The position numbers were made by a program, and so were the translations under genes. A DNA stretch of 64,000 nucleotides from an uncultured Pseudoalteromonas sp. GTDB taxonomy: Bacteria > Pseudomonadota > Gammaproteobacteria > Enterobacterales > Alteromonadaceae. The stretch spans positions 9,308 to 73,307 of the forward strand of contig NZ_CAWUKC010000010.1 in NCBI RefSeq assembly GCF_963922945.1. The letters run 5' to 3'. Below the pieces are notes generated by a model that did no database searches, had not been told where the DNA came from, and worked only from the letters and a program-made list of their open reading frames with translations. Shown in pieces: positions 11,341 through 20,109 of the stretch; position 1 is the stretch's first letter, and the number at the start of each line of letters is the position of its first letter.

Positions 11341-11711
11341 ATTTACAATACCCGTTCATAGCTCTATTGGGGGCATTTTTAACATTTTATTTAGCTAAGC
11401 ATAATCGCTTTGACGGCATACGCGCCTCAGCGTCACTTTCTATCATTGCTTATTTACTATTAAGCGCTTTAAACATAAACCCTGATTTATACTCAATTAT
11501 ATTTTTTGGAGGCACGTTTATAGGTATGAGCGCCCCTCATAGGTTTGGTATTTATACCGTGGCCAGCTCATCTATTTTGTTTTCGTTTTTATTTGAATAC
11601 TTAGTACCAAAACTCGATGGCTATGGCGGTGCGTTAGGAGTCAGTGCATTTTTATCTGTATGTATTTGCCATATGTGTATTTTATTGGGCGCGCCAAGAA
11701 GTAAAAAATAA
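11337..11711 (+). CDS. Small 4-TM membrane protein, second of a paralogous pair
   Basis: 124 aa. The blocks IFFGGTFIGMSA and YGGALGVSAFLSV are paralogous to the upstream ORF. The 4-nt overlap suggests translational coupling. Confidence 0.6.
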   Translation: MNLQYPFIALLGAFLTFYLAKHNRFDGIRASASLSIIAYLLLSALNINPDLYSIIFFGGTFIGMSAPHRFGIYTVASSSILFSFLFEYLVPKLDGYGGALGVSAFLSVCICHMCILLGAPRSKK

Positions 11712-11840
11712 TTATTAATTCATCTCAATATTAAAAAACCTCACTCGTTCAAAAAACAGCCACCCACCTTTGATCCCTTATAAAAAATAGCCCGTGCTCT
11801 ATCTAAATGTTAAATAAACATCACACAAAAGGACCAGGTT

Positions 11841-14030
11841 ATGAATAAGCTATTAAAGGTATGTTTTATTACGTTCCCCTTGATACTACTTCAAGGGTGT
11901 AGCAATGATGACGATGACAATACACAGGCGCAAGTTGAACCACAAACATCCTCGACCATCGTTGATGTTGCTAAAGGAGATGGCAATTTTGCAACATTAG
12001 TTGCAGCCTTAGAAGCGACCGGCTTAGATGAAACGCTTTCTGATACGAATCAAGAATTTACTGTTTTTGCCCCAACAGATGATGCCTTTGCACTCCTCGG
12101 TGATGAAACAATAAACAACCTACTAGCAGACACTGATACATTAAGCTCAATCCTAACCTACCATGTGATTTCGGGAGCCGTTGACGCTGAAACCGCAATT
12201 GGCCTATCAGGGACAACTGTAGATACAGTGAACGGCGGAAAAGTTGCGCTATCTTTAAATGGTGACAATTTACTAATAAACACGAGTACAGTAACCACGA
12301 CAGACATTGAAACAGACAATGGCATCATTCATGTAATCGATGCGGTATTGATGCCTATTAAATCTCCAGAGGCAGCTCCAACGGCAAATATTATAGAAAC
12401 AGCCAGCCAAGCGGGTGATTTTACGACTTTACTTGCGGCATTAGATGCAGCAAACTTAACATCAGCATTGAGCGATGAGTCTAGCGAGTTTACTGTTTTT
12501 GCCCCCACCGATGCAGCATTTGAAGCTATTGGTAGCAAAATGGTAAACACACTTTTAGCAAACCCAGATGTGTTAGCAGATGTGTTAAAACAGCACGTTT
12601 TATCAGGGGCGGTAGATTCGGTAACCGCTATGTCACTCAATGGTCAGTCAGCAGAAACGTTATTAGGAAACTCATTACCCATTACCATTAACACCGAAAC
12701 AGATATGCTTATGTTTGGTGGTGCCAATATTGTGGTTAAGGATATAGCAACCACCAACGGAGTGATTCATGTAATAGACTCGGTCATTGTAGCTGATGTA
12801 ACACTGCCTGAAAGCTTTGGCACTATTGCCGACGTTGCCAGCGACAATGGTAATTTTGACACATTACTTGCTGCATTAGGTGCAACTGGTTTAGATACGT
12901 TAATTGCAGATCCTACCAATACTTTTACGGTATTTGCTCCTACCGATGACGCTTTTGCAGCGCTTGGGCAAGACACCATTGATGCGTTACTTGCAGACAC
13001 TGATACCCTTCGCAATATTTTACTCTACCATGTCATAGCTGATGCAAGTGTTTTGTCTGACGCTGCAGTAACTATAGCAAACAGCGAAGACAACAAAGTT
13101 GAAATGGCAAATGGCGATATGGCAGCCCTTTCATATGTAGATAGCGCATTATTCATCAACGACTCGGCAGTGACCACAGCTAATGTAACAGCTGATAATG
13201 GTGTAATTCATGTGCTCAACAAGGTAATTATGCCGCCAACTGAAGTAGGCACACCTACAAAAACAATTGCCACCGTTGCCACTGAAACCGACGCTCTTTC
13301 AACATTAGTTACCGCATTACAAGCGGCTGACTTGGTTGATACCTTCAACGACACAACCAAAACATTCACTGTATTTGCACCGACAAATGCCGCTTTTAAT
13401 AAAATTCCAACCGACACATTAAACGCGCTACTAGCAGATAAAAACGCATTAACAGCAGTTTTAACTCAACACGTATTAGGCGCTCAAGTAGGCAGTACGA
13501 ATGCATTTGCAGCGAATGGTAAAATGGTCACCACCCTTGCCGAAAATATGCTAAGTGTGAATATTGTCGATTTTACTAACACCACAAACACTGAAACAGA
13601 CAGTGTTGCATACGATGCCGACAATGCGCGTTTAGTAACAGGCATGGCAGATACCACACCGGGTAAAACAGTTTACGTTTTCGACAACGACTTAGGCGAG
13701 TCGATGAGTGTATGCGAAGATACCTGTGCAACAACGTGGCCACCAGTGCTTGGCAACGCTGATTCCATCGAAAACATCCCAGGTTTATCACTTATTGCTC
13801 GCTCAGATAGCACTATGCAGGTAGCGTACCTAGGCCGTCCACTGTATACCTACTCTGGTGATACTGCCCCTGGTGATGAAAACGGCCAAAGTGTTGGCAA
13901 TACTTGGTGGCAGGTGAGTTTACCGGCAACTTCATTACAAGTTGCAGGAAGCAATGTAATAACCACCGATATATACACAAGTAATGGCGTAGTCCATTTA
14001 ATTGATACGGTTATTACTACTGCACAATAA
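11841..14030 (+). CDS. Secreted lipoprotein with four FAS1 (fasciclin) domains and an embedded COG4315/PF03640-like 'secreted repeat' module
   Basis: The lipobox reads LLQGCSN. Four repeats each carry FTVFAPT(D/N)(D/A)AF...(H)V(I/L)...NG(I/V)IHV(I/L)(D/N). Near the C-terminus are GKTVYVFDNDLGESMSVCEDTCATTWPPV and GRPLYTYSGDTAPGDENGQ. Confidence 0.85.
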   Translation: MNKLLKVCFITFPLILLQGCSNDDDDNTQAQVEPQTSSTIVDVAKGDGNFATLVAALEATGLDETLSDTNQEFTVFAPTDDAFALLGDETINNLLADTDTLSSILTYHVISGAVDAETAIGLSGTTVDTVNGGKVALSLNGDNLLINTSTVTTTDIETDNGIIHVIDAVLMPIKSPEAAPTANIIETASQAGDFTTLLAALDAANLTSALSDESSEFTVFAPTDAAFEAIGSKMVNTLLANPDVLADVLKQHVLSGAVDSVTAMSLNGQSAETLLGNSLPITINTETDMLMFGGANIVVKDIATTNGVIHVIDSVIVADVTLPESFGTIADVASDNGNFDTLLAALGATGLDTLIADPTNTFTVFAPTDDAFAALGQDTIDALLADTDTLRNILLYHVIADASVLSDAAVTIANSEDNKVEMANGDMAALSYVDSALFINDSAVTTANVTADNGVIHVLNKVIMPPTEVGTPTKTIATVATETDALSTLVTALQAADLVDTFNDTTKTFTVFAPTNAAFNKIPTDTLNALLADKNALTAVLTQHVLGAQVGSTNAFAANGKMVTTLAENMLSVNIVDFTNTTNTETDSVAYDADNARLVTGMADTTPGKTVYVFDNDLGESMSVCEDTCATTWPPVLGNADSIENIPGLSLIARSDSTMQVAYLGRPLYTYSGDTAPGDENGQSVGNTWWQVSLPATSLQVAGSNVITTDIYTSNGVVHLIDTVITTAQ

Positions 14031-14048
14031 TTTCTTTCCTTAGACAAA

Positions 14049-14080
14049 AAGTTAAGAGTGGATAACCGCTCTTAACTTTT
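14049..14080 (+). terminator. Rho-independent terminator after the fasciclin gene (overlaps the 3' end of the convergent desaturase gene)
   Basis: AAGTTAAGAG-tggataaccg-CTCTTAACTT followed by TT(TT). The stem is a perfect 10 bp. Confidence 0.7.
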
Positions 14081-14917
14081 ATATTTCACGCTATTATCAT
14101 TCTTATTTTGCGCGCTAGTTGGGTAACCAAACAAAACTTTTAACTTAGCTTTTAGTCCTTTAGTTACGTAAGTTAGCCTAATTAAGTACCGCCATTGATG
14201 AAAAGTAATCGTGATTGGATTATTACTATTTAACTGCCCTACTATGCCATATTTGCAGGGCTGATTTTTATCCTCCTCTACAAAGGTGCCAAACAGCTTA
14301 TCCCAAATAATAAGGACGCCGGCAAAGTTTTTATCGAGGTAGTCTTGATTTATTGCATGATGAACCCGGTGGTGCGACGGCGTATTAAATACACATTCAA
14401 ACCAGCCTAATTTACCGACTATTTGTGTATGCACAAAAAATTGATACGCCAAATTAAGGGCCACTACGCTAAATACGGTTAAAGGGTCAAAGCCAAGCAG
14501 TATCATAGGCAGCCAAAATACCCACATGCCGGCTACTGGGTACATTATGCTTTGCCTAAATGCCGTAGTGAAATTCATTTTAGTGGAGCTGTGGTGCACC
14601 ACATGGGCCGCCCACAACCAATGAATATGGTGCGATGCACGATGAAACCAATAGTACAAAAAATCTTGTAGCAAAAATGCAAAAGCAATACTCACAGCGC
14701 TTAAGTTTATATCAAAGAAGCGGTATTCATACAGCCAATAAAAAAATGGCATTAGCAATAATAGGGCAAGCGCGTCTGCACCTTGATGAAGAAGCGCTAA
14801 TATGGTATTTGCTAGGCTGTCTTTTATATCGTAGTAACGTTTAAATTTCACAAACTCAACGCATACAAACACCAGAAATAGTGGGCTTAGAGCAAGTAAA
14901 ATAATTTCTGAGTTCAT
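14072..14917 (-). CDS. Fatty-acid hydroxylase / sterol desaturase family membrane di-iron enzyme
   Basis: 281 aa with histidine boxes HRASHH, HVVHH and HHRVHH, plus several TM helices. Confidence 0.85.
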   Translation of the reverse strand: MNSEIILLALSPLFLVFVCVEFVKFKRYYDIKDSLANTILALLHQGADALALLLLMPFFYWLYEYRFFDINLSAVSIAFAFLLQDFLYYWFHRASHHIHWLWAAHVVHHSSTKMNFTTAFRQSIMYPVAGMWVFWLPMILLGFDPLTVFSVVALNLAYQFFVHTQIVGKLGWFECVFNTPSHHRVHHAINQDYLDKNFAGVLIIWDKLFGTFVEEDKNQPCKYGIVGQLNSNNPITITFHQWRYLIRLTYVTKGLKAKLKVLFGYPTSAQNKNDNSVKYKS

Positions 14918-15360
14918 ACTTTGCTTGCCATAAAGTAATGCTGCAGTTTAATTAATGCCTGGATTATATCTTTACTAATTAGGTGTTTTAGCAAAGCATT
15001 TGGCAGCCACCACGGCGCTTTACAGCGTATACAATAAGTAAGCTCGGTAGTGCTGCTTTTAGCGCCTGCATTAGCAACTAAATAAATATCACCTTGATGG
15101 TGTGCCACAGGCTTATCACCGATTATTTGATAGCAAATATGCCCTGGATTAGCCATGACTATGCGCTCATTAAACGTAGCATTTGCCATTTTCACTTGCC
15201 TAATGGCGCCTTTACCGCCTTTTAGCTCACCACTATTTTGTGTTTGTATTAGCTCAAACTTGGCATTAAAAAAACGATCTAACTGCTGATGATCCAACAA
15301 GGTGGTTATTATTTGCAAAGGTTCTGCATTAAGCGTTTGTTTTATTGATATAAAGATCAT
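14914..15360 (-). CDS. SRPBCC (START/polyketide-cyclase-like) ligand-binding protein
   Basis: 148 aa of size and pattern consistent with the SRPBCC fold. A 4-nt overlap with the downstream desaturase gene indicates one operon. Confidence 0.55.
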   Translation of the reverse strand: MIFISIKQTLNAEPLQIITTLLDHQQLDRFFNAKFELIQTQNSGELKGGKGAIRQVKMANATFNERIVMANPGHICYQIIGDKPVAHHQGDIYLVANAGAKSSTTELTYCIRCKAPWWLPNALLKHLISKDIIQALIKLQHYFMASKV

Positions 15361-15457
15361 TGCTTACAGCGAAGATAATTACTCATGTAACTAGCATATA
15401 AAAATTGAACATGGCAAGCTTGCTCATACACGACCATTTTTTAGCTTTAGACGACAA

Positions 15458-16453
15458 ATGCACACACTGGCTGATCATTACTTTTCGAGTATTTTAGATT
15501 ACTTGCAAACCCAAGATATTGATTCTAATACAGCGCTTGAAGCAATCGGGTTCACTGAATATAGTCACCAGCATACAAAGCAATTTGCACCCCGAATTAG
15601 TTTACAAAGTTACAATGCGCTGCTTGTGTATGGTCAAAAAGCGCTAAACGATGCGCTGTTTGGTTTTACTTTAGGTATGCACATTCGCCCCGCAGATTAC
15701 GGTATATTGGGCTATTTAATAGAATCGAGCGATACCCTAAGTAGTGCTATAGAGGCACTGTTAAATTATGACAGCTTAGTGGCAGATATTGGTAAAGCGC
15801 AGTTTTTGCAAACTGCAGACAAAGCTGCGGTGCGCTGGCATGCTCATCCGCATTGTAATGAGCATGTTGTATTACGAAACATGACGGCCTGGGTAAGCGT
15901 TATTCGCCAGTTAATAAACGCATCGCTTTGCCCAAGCAGTATCAGCTTTATACATAATTGGCCTAAAAGGCACACACAACAGTTAGAGGCGTGGTTTAAG
16001 TGCCCCGTTATAAGCGGCGCAGCACACAACCAAATAAATTTTCCGAGCAGTTTTTTAAGGCTTGCCTTTAAAACCGACAACGCCATTGTAAATGCTACAT
16101 TTAAGCAGCTTTCACAACAGCAGCTATCGCAATTTAAAAGCCAGCGGTGCCTTACAGAAAAAGTTAAGCAGTTGCTTATTGCCAAACCAAGCTTGCAAAA
16201 CTGTCAGCTTATTAGTGTGGCAAGCGCTTTAAACGTAACACCACGCACGCTACAGCGGCATTTAAAAAAGCAACATGTAACTTTTGCGCAATTACTCGAG
16301 CAAGAAAGAAAAAACCGCTCCCACACGTTAATTGGCATGCTCCCGCTTAGCGAACTCGCTAACCTGTTAGGCTTTAAAGATCAGAGCTCGTTTAATCGCG
16401 CTTTTTTACGATGGCACAATTGCACACCCACACAATTTTTAAAACGTAAATGA
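15458..16453 (+). CDS. AraC-family regulator with an N-terminal AraC-type ligand-binding ('Arabinose_bd'-like) domain
   Basis: The C-terminal HTH reads LNVTPRTLQRHLKKQHVTFAQLLEQERK...LGFKDQSSFNRAFLRWHNCTPTQF. The gene is divergent from the SRPBCC/desaturase operon. Confidence 0.8.
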   Translation: MHTLADHYFSSILDYLQTQDIDSNTALEAIGFTEYSHQHTKQFAPRISLQSYNALLVYGQKALNDALFGFTLGMHIRPADYGILGYLIESSDTLSSAIEALLNYDSLVADIGKAQFLQTADKAAVRWHAHPHCNEHVVLRNMTAWVSVIRQLINASLCPSSISFIHNWPKRHTQQLEAWFKCPVISGAAHNQINFPSSFLRLAFKTDNAIVNATFKQLSQQQLSQFKSQRCLTEKVKQLLIAKPSLQNCQLISVASALNVTPRTLQRHLKKQHVTFAQLLEQERKNRSHTLIGMLPLSELANLLGFKDQSSFNRAFLRWHNCTPTQFLKRK

Positions 16454-16552
16454 ACCGTTGTATTATTCACATTAAATAAACATTTATGGTATACCTTTTA
16501 AACAACACTCTTTAAACTAGAGCGCATAATAATTAAAAAATAGGCTAAATTT

Positions 16553-17317
16553 GTGCGTATAGTATTAAGTATTTGTGTTTTTATGCTTTATAGCGCCATG
16601 TGCAACGCACAGACCATTACCTTTGTAGCTGAAGATCTACCACCTTATCATTTTATAAATCAAAACAATGAACCCGATGGCGCATTAGTCGATTTAGCCA
16701 AAGCCACCCTTAAAAACACAAAACTAACCGCCAAGTTTGAAATAATTCCCATGGCGCGAATTTTTAGCTTACTCAAAAGCAATCCAAATGCAGTAGCCCT
16801 TTCGTTGTTAAAAACCCCAATAAGAGCAAAACAGTTTACCTGGTTAGGTGAGTCTTACTTTGCTGATGCTTACCTAGTCAGCCTAAAAAGCCACACTGAC
16901 GAGGTAAGCCACCTCAACCACGCAAAATTTTACCAAGTAGCTACAATACGCGGCTATTCAAGTGCCACATATTTAAAAAATGCGGGCTTTGTAGAAGGTA
17001 AAAATCTAGTTCTTGTAAGCTACTATCAACAGCTATGGCAAATGCTTTATAAAAAACGTATCGACTTTGTACTAACCAACACACTTACGCTAAACAATGA
17101 ATTAAAACAATCAGGCCTAAACCCAGATTTAATAACTAAGCGGATTCATTTAAGCGGCTACCCTTCAAAATTGTATTTTGGCGCTAATATAAATATAGAT
17201 AAAGACAGCGCGAGCACCATCACTCAAGCACTTAACACCCTAAAAGAAACCGGCGAATACCAAGCTATTTTACAAAAGTGGCAACTGCCCTTACCAAGTA
17301 CTGCCAACAAGTTGTAA
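16553..17317 (+). CDS. Periplasmic solute-binding protein, family 3 (PBPb-like)
   Basis: 254 aa with a GTG start and signal peptide. The blocks FVAEDLPPYHF and IDFVLTN are typical of type 3 SBPs. No permease or ATPase gene is adjacent. Confidence 0.6.
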   Translation: MRIVLSICVFMLYSAMCNAQTITFVAEDLPPYHFINQNNEPDGALVDLAKATLKNTKLTAKFEIIPMARIFSLLKSNPNAVALSLLKTPIRAKQFTWLGESYFADAYLVSLKSHTDEVSHLNHAKFYQVATIRGYSSATYLKNAGFVEGKNLVLVSYYQQLWQMLYKKRIDFVLTNTLTLNNELKQSGLNPDLITKRIHLSGYPSKLYFGANINIDKDSASTITQALNTLKETGEYQAILQKWQLPLPSTANKL

Positions 17318-17363
17318 TAAATAGGGGTTATAATTTTAGCAACGCAAACACTGCTACTTTGCT

Positions 17364-18314
17364 ATGCGATCTATCACAACCCCTCAGGGTATAAAACTCA
17401 GTTACCAAGACGAAGGCGATAAAAAAGCACCCGCAATCATACTTATTATGGGTTTAGGCGCCCAAATGACCGTGTGGCCCGACTCGCTTTACTACACCTT
17501 AGTAAAAAAAGGCTTTAGGGTTATACGCTTTGATAACCGCGACACGGGCCTTTCTACCTACTTAGAGCATCACCCTAGCCCGAGTTTATTTAAATCATGG
17601 TTAAGTAAACGCCTGCCCATACGTGCGCAAACGCCCTATTTACTTGATGATATGGCAAACGATGTATTAGCGCTTATGGCGGCGCTAAAAATAAAAAAAG
17701 CGCATTTTGTTGGTGCTTCTATGGGCGGTATGATTGCTCAACTCATTGCAGCTCAGCATAAAAAAAAGGTGCTCAGTTTAACCACAATTATGTCAAGTTC
17801 AAGCTTGCCCCGCCTTAGTGCAAAAAGCATTGGCGTATTTATAAAGCTCGCCAAATTAAAGCCCAAAACCGCCAACCTTGATGAGGCTATAAATTACAAT
17901 ATTAAATTAAATCAACTTATTGGCAGCCCCGCCTACCCGCAATCAGAAGATGCACTGCGGCATCATGCAACCCAAATGGTAACACGCTCACACAATCCAG
18001 ATGGGTATAAACGTCAACTTGTTGCCATGGCCGCAAGCAAAAACAGGCAACATTTAATTCGTAAAATTAAAACGCCCACATTAGTAATTCATGGCAGCGA
18101 TGATGTGGTAATCCCCGTCAGTGCTGGTAAAAAAACGGCAAGCCTAATAAAAAAAGCCAAGTTAAGAGTAGTCCCGGGGATGGGCCATAATTTTGCACCA
18201 GAGCTAATGCCCCTTATGACAAAGTGGATAGTTAAGCATGTAAAAAAGGCGCAGCGTAAACACCTTAATAAAAAACGCAAAAAACAACAGCAACAAAAAA
18301 CCACATTGGTATAA
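17364..18314 (+). CDS. Alpha/beta-fold hydrolase
   Basis: 316 aa with the nucleophile elbow GASMGG, an HG-like ILIMGLG block and a late GMGH. The C-terminus is an unusual polybasic tail (KKAQRKHLNKKRKKQQQQK). Confidence 0.85.
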   Translation: MRSITTPQGIKLSYQDEGDKKAPAIILIMGLGAQMTVWPDSLYYTLVKKGFRVIRFDNRDTGLSTYLEHHPSPSLFKSWLSKRLPIRAQTPYLLDDMANDVLALMAALKIKKAHFVGASMGGMIAQLIAAQHKKKVLSLTTIMSSSSLPRLSAKSIGVFIKLAKLKPKTANLDEAINYNIKLNQLIGSPAYPQSEDALRHHATQMVTRSHNPDGYKRQLVAMAASKNRQHLIRKIKTPTLVIHGSDDVVIPVSAGKKTASLIKKAKLRVVPGMGHNFAPELMPLMTKWIVKHVKKAQRKHLNKKRKKQQQQKTTLV

Positions 18315-18441
18315 CCAAAAAACACTTAAAAAATTATACAAACAAAAAAATTGGTAATATTGATATTTAAAATTGGTATGTTAGATTAAAGTTAAGCGAC
18401 GTTAATATCGTTTATTTTAAAATCATCACACAGAGACAACA

Positions 18442-19530
18442 ATGAAAAATCTAACATCTACTTTTAAACTCACAGCACTGGCTGCTATTACCCCTTTGCT
18501 ATTTATGGGCTGTGCTAGCACAAACACACTTGTTGATAGTAATGTCGTAGTACCTGCGTCAAAATTTGATTTATCACAATGGAAAATTAACGTACCTGTC
18601 GATCTTAATAACGATGGAAAAATAGATACAATTGACGTCGAAGAAATTCAAACTTACGCTCACCCTGATTTTTTCTATCTTGATGATCAAGGCTATATGG
18701 TATTTACCTCGCCAAATAAGGCACTTACCAGCGCCAACTCTACTAATACCCGCAGTGAGTTGAGACAAATGATCCGCGGCACAAATACCAAAATAAAAAC
18801 TAAAAATTCAAAAAATAACTTTGCCTTAGCCGTGCATCCGCTATCGGAGCGTTTTGGCTCGGTAGGCGGAAAAATGGAAGCCACACTCAAAGTTGATCAT
18901 GTAGCACTTCGTGCAAACGATCCGAGTAAAAAAGCCGCATATTCTGTGGTGGTTGGGCAAATTCATGCAGGTAAAGATCAAGCCTTAATCGACACAAAAC
19001 TGGGTTTTGGCTGGGGCAACGAACCGCTTAAAATTTATTACAAAAAATGGCCTGGGCATAAAACCGGATCAGTATTTTGGAACTACGAACGTAACTTACC
19101 AAAAAAAGATCCTAACCGTACCGACATTACTTACCCTGTTTGGGGTAACACCTGGGAAAACCCAGACGATCCCGGTGTGGCGGGCATAGCGCTTGGTGAA
19201 GACTTTAGCTACACAGTAAACGTGCATAAAAACATGATGTACTTAACCTTTAGCGCCCAAGGAAAAAAAGACGTTAACTACGCTATAAACTTAGGTAATA
19301 ACGTAGATGCCTATGGCGAAGTAGATGAAAAAGATCACCCTAATGGCTATGCTGCCGATTGGCACTACTTTAAAGCGGGTGCGTATAACCAATGTAGCAC
19401 CAAAAGCGCTAAAGGTATTTGGTACCCAGGTTGTTTAGGCACGGGCGATTGGGCAACCGACAAACAAAATGGTGATTACGCCCAAGTGAGTTTTAAAAAG
19501 CTAGTGCTAAGTCCATCAACTAAGCCATAA
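18442..19530 (+). CDS. Polysaccharide lyase family 7 (alginate lyase) lipoprotein
   Basis: The lipobox reads LFMGCAS. The three PL7 signature blocks are present: RSELRQM, QIH and YFKAGAYNQ. Confidence 0.85.
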   Translation: MKNLTSTFKLTALAAITPLLFMGCASTNTLVDSNVVVPASKFDLSQWKINVPVDLNNDGKIDTIDVEEIQTYAHPDFFYLDDQGYMVFTSPNKALTSANSTNTRSELRQMIRGTNTKIKTKNSKNNFALAVHPLSERFGSVGGKMEATLKVDHVALRANDPSKKAAYSVVVGQIHAGKDQALIDTKLGFGWGNEPLKIYYKKWPGHKTGSVFWNYERNLPKKDPNRTDITYPVWGNTWENPDDPGVAGIALGEDFSYTVNVHKNMMYLTFSAQGKKDVNYAINLGNNVDAYGEVDEKDHPNGYAADWHYFKAGAYNQCSTKSAKGIWYPGCLGTGDWATDKQNGDYAQVSFKKLVLSPSTKP

Positions 19531-19924
19531 GCGTTGTTGTAGTTAAGTAGTTTTTAAGTGATGTAAACAGTGGCGAGGGCAAATTATTAATATCGCACCA
19601 ACGCCACTGCATACATTTATCAGGCTCGTTTAGTACAGGCTCACCGCCCTCGTAATCGGCTTTTACGTATAAAGTAATGTAGTGTTTATTGTCAGCGCTA
19701 AAAATATCATTAGTAAAATCAAGCTTAGTAATTTTACTTACGTTTAACCCCGTTTCTTCTAATACCTCACGTATTGCGCACTGCTCTAAACTTTCGCCAA
19801 ACTCTAAATGTCCGCCAGGCGTTGCCCATGTATTTGCACCATGCGACCCTATTCGCTCACCTAATAAAATAGTGTTTTGGCGCATTATAATAACCGCAAC
19901 CCCTACTCTTACTACGTTACTCAT
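19520..19924 (-). CDS. NUDIX hydrolase
   Basis: The Nudix box reads GGHLEFGESLEQCAIREVLEETGL. The 3' end overlaps the convergent lyase gene by 11 nt. Confidence 0.9.
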   Translation of the reverse strand: MSNVVRVGVAVIIMRQNTILLGERIGSHGANTWATPGGHLEFGESLEQCAIREVLEETGLNVSKITKLDFTNDIFSADNKHYITLYVKADYEGGEPVLNEPDKCMQWRWCDINNLPSPLFTSLKNYLTTTTLMA

Positions 19925-20109
19925 ATTGTGTTTTCTCTTATTTTAATTGCTCGCCATGCTGAGCCACACGCTTTGTATTGTCAATTTTGTATTTTAAACA
20001 TCCAAAGTGTTGATTAACTTTTAGCCGACCATAGTCGAATACCTATCGGTTAAAAAAAAGCCTACCTTTTGTAAGGTCTCTCACACACATTTAGTATTAG
20101 GAGCCCATT

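Noticed and set aside
12329-13417. Three antisense ORFs (12329-12640, 12767-13015, 13208-13417) inside the fasciclin gene
   Set aside because: Their Ala/Ser/Val-rich low-complexity translations mirror the repeated FAS1 coding sequence on the opposite strand. They have no Shine-Dalgarno sites, and the sense-strand gene has unmistakable domain signatures.
19520-19530. An 11-nt overlap of the convergent alginate lyase and NUDIX genes
   Set aside because: Convergent 3' overlaps of this size are common in compact genomes. There is no evidence for a regulatory role beyond possible antisense interference.
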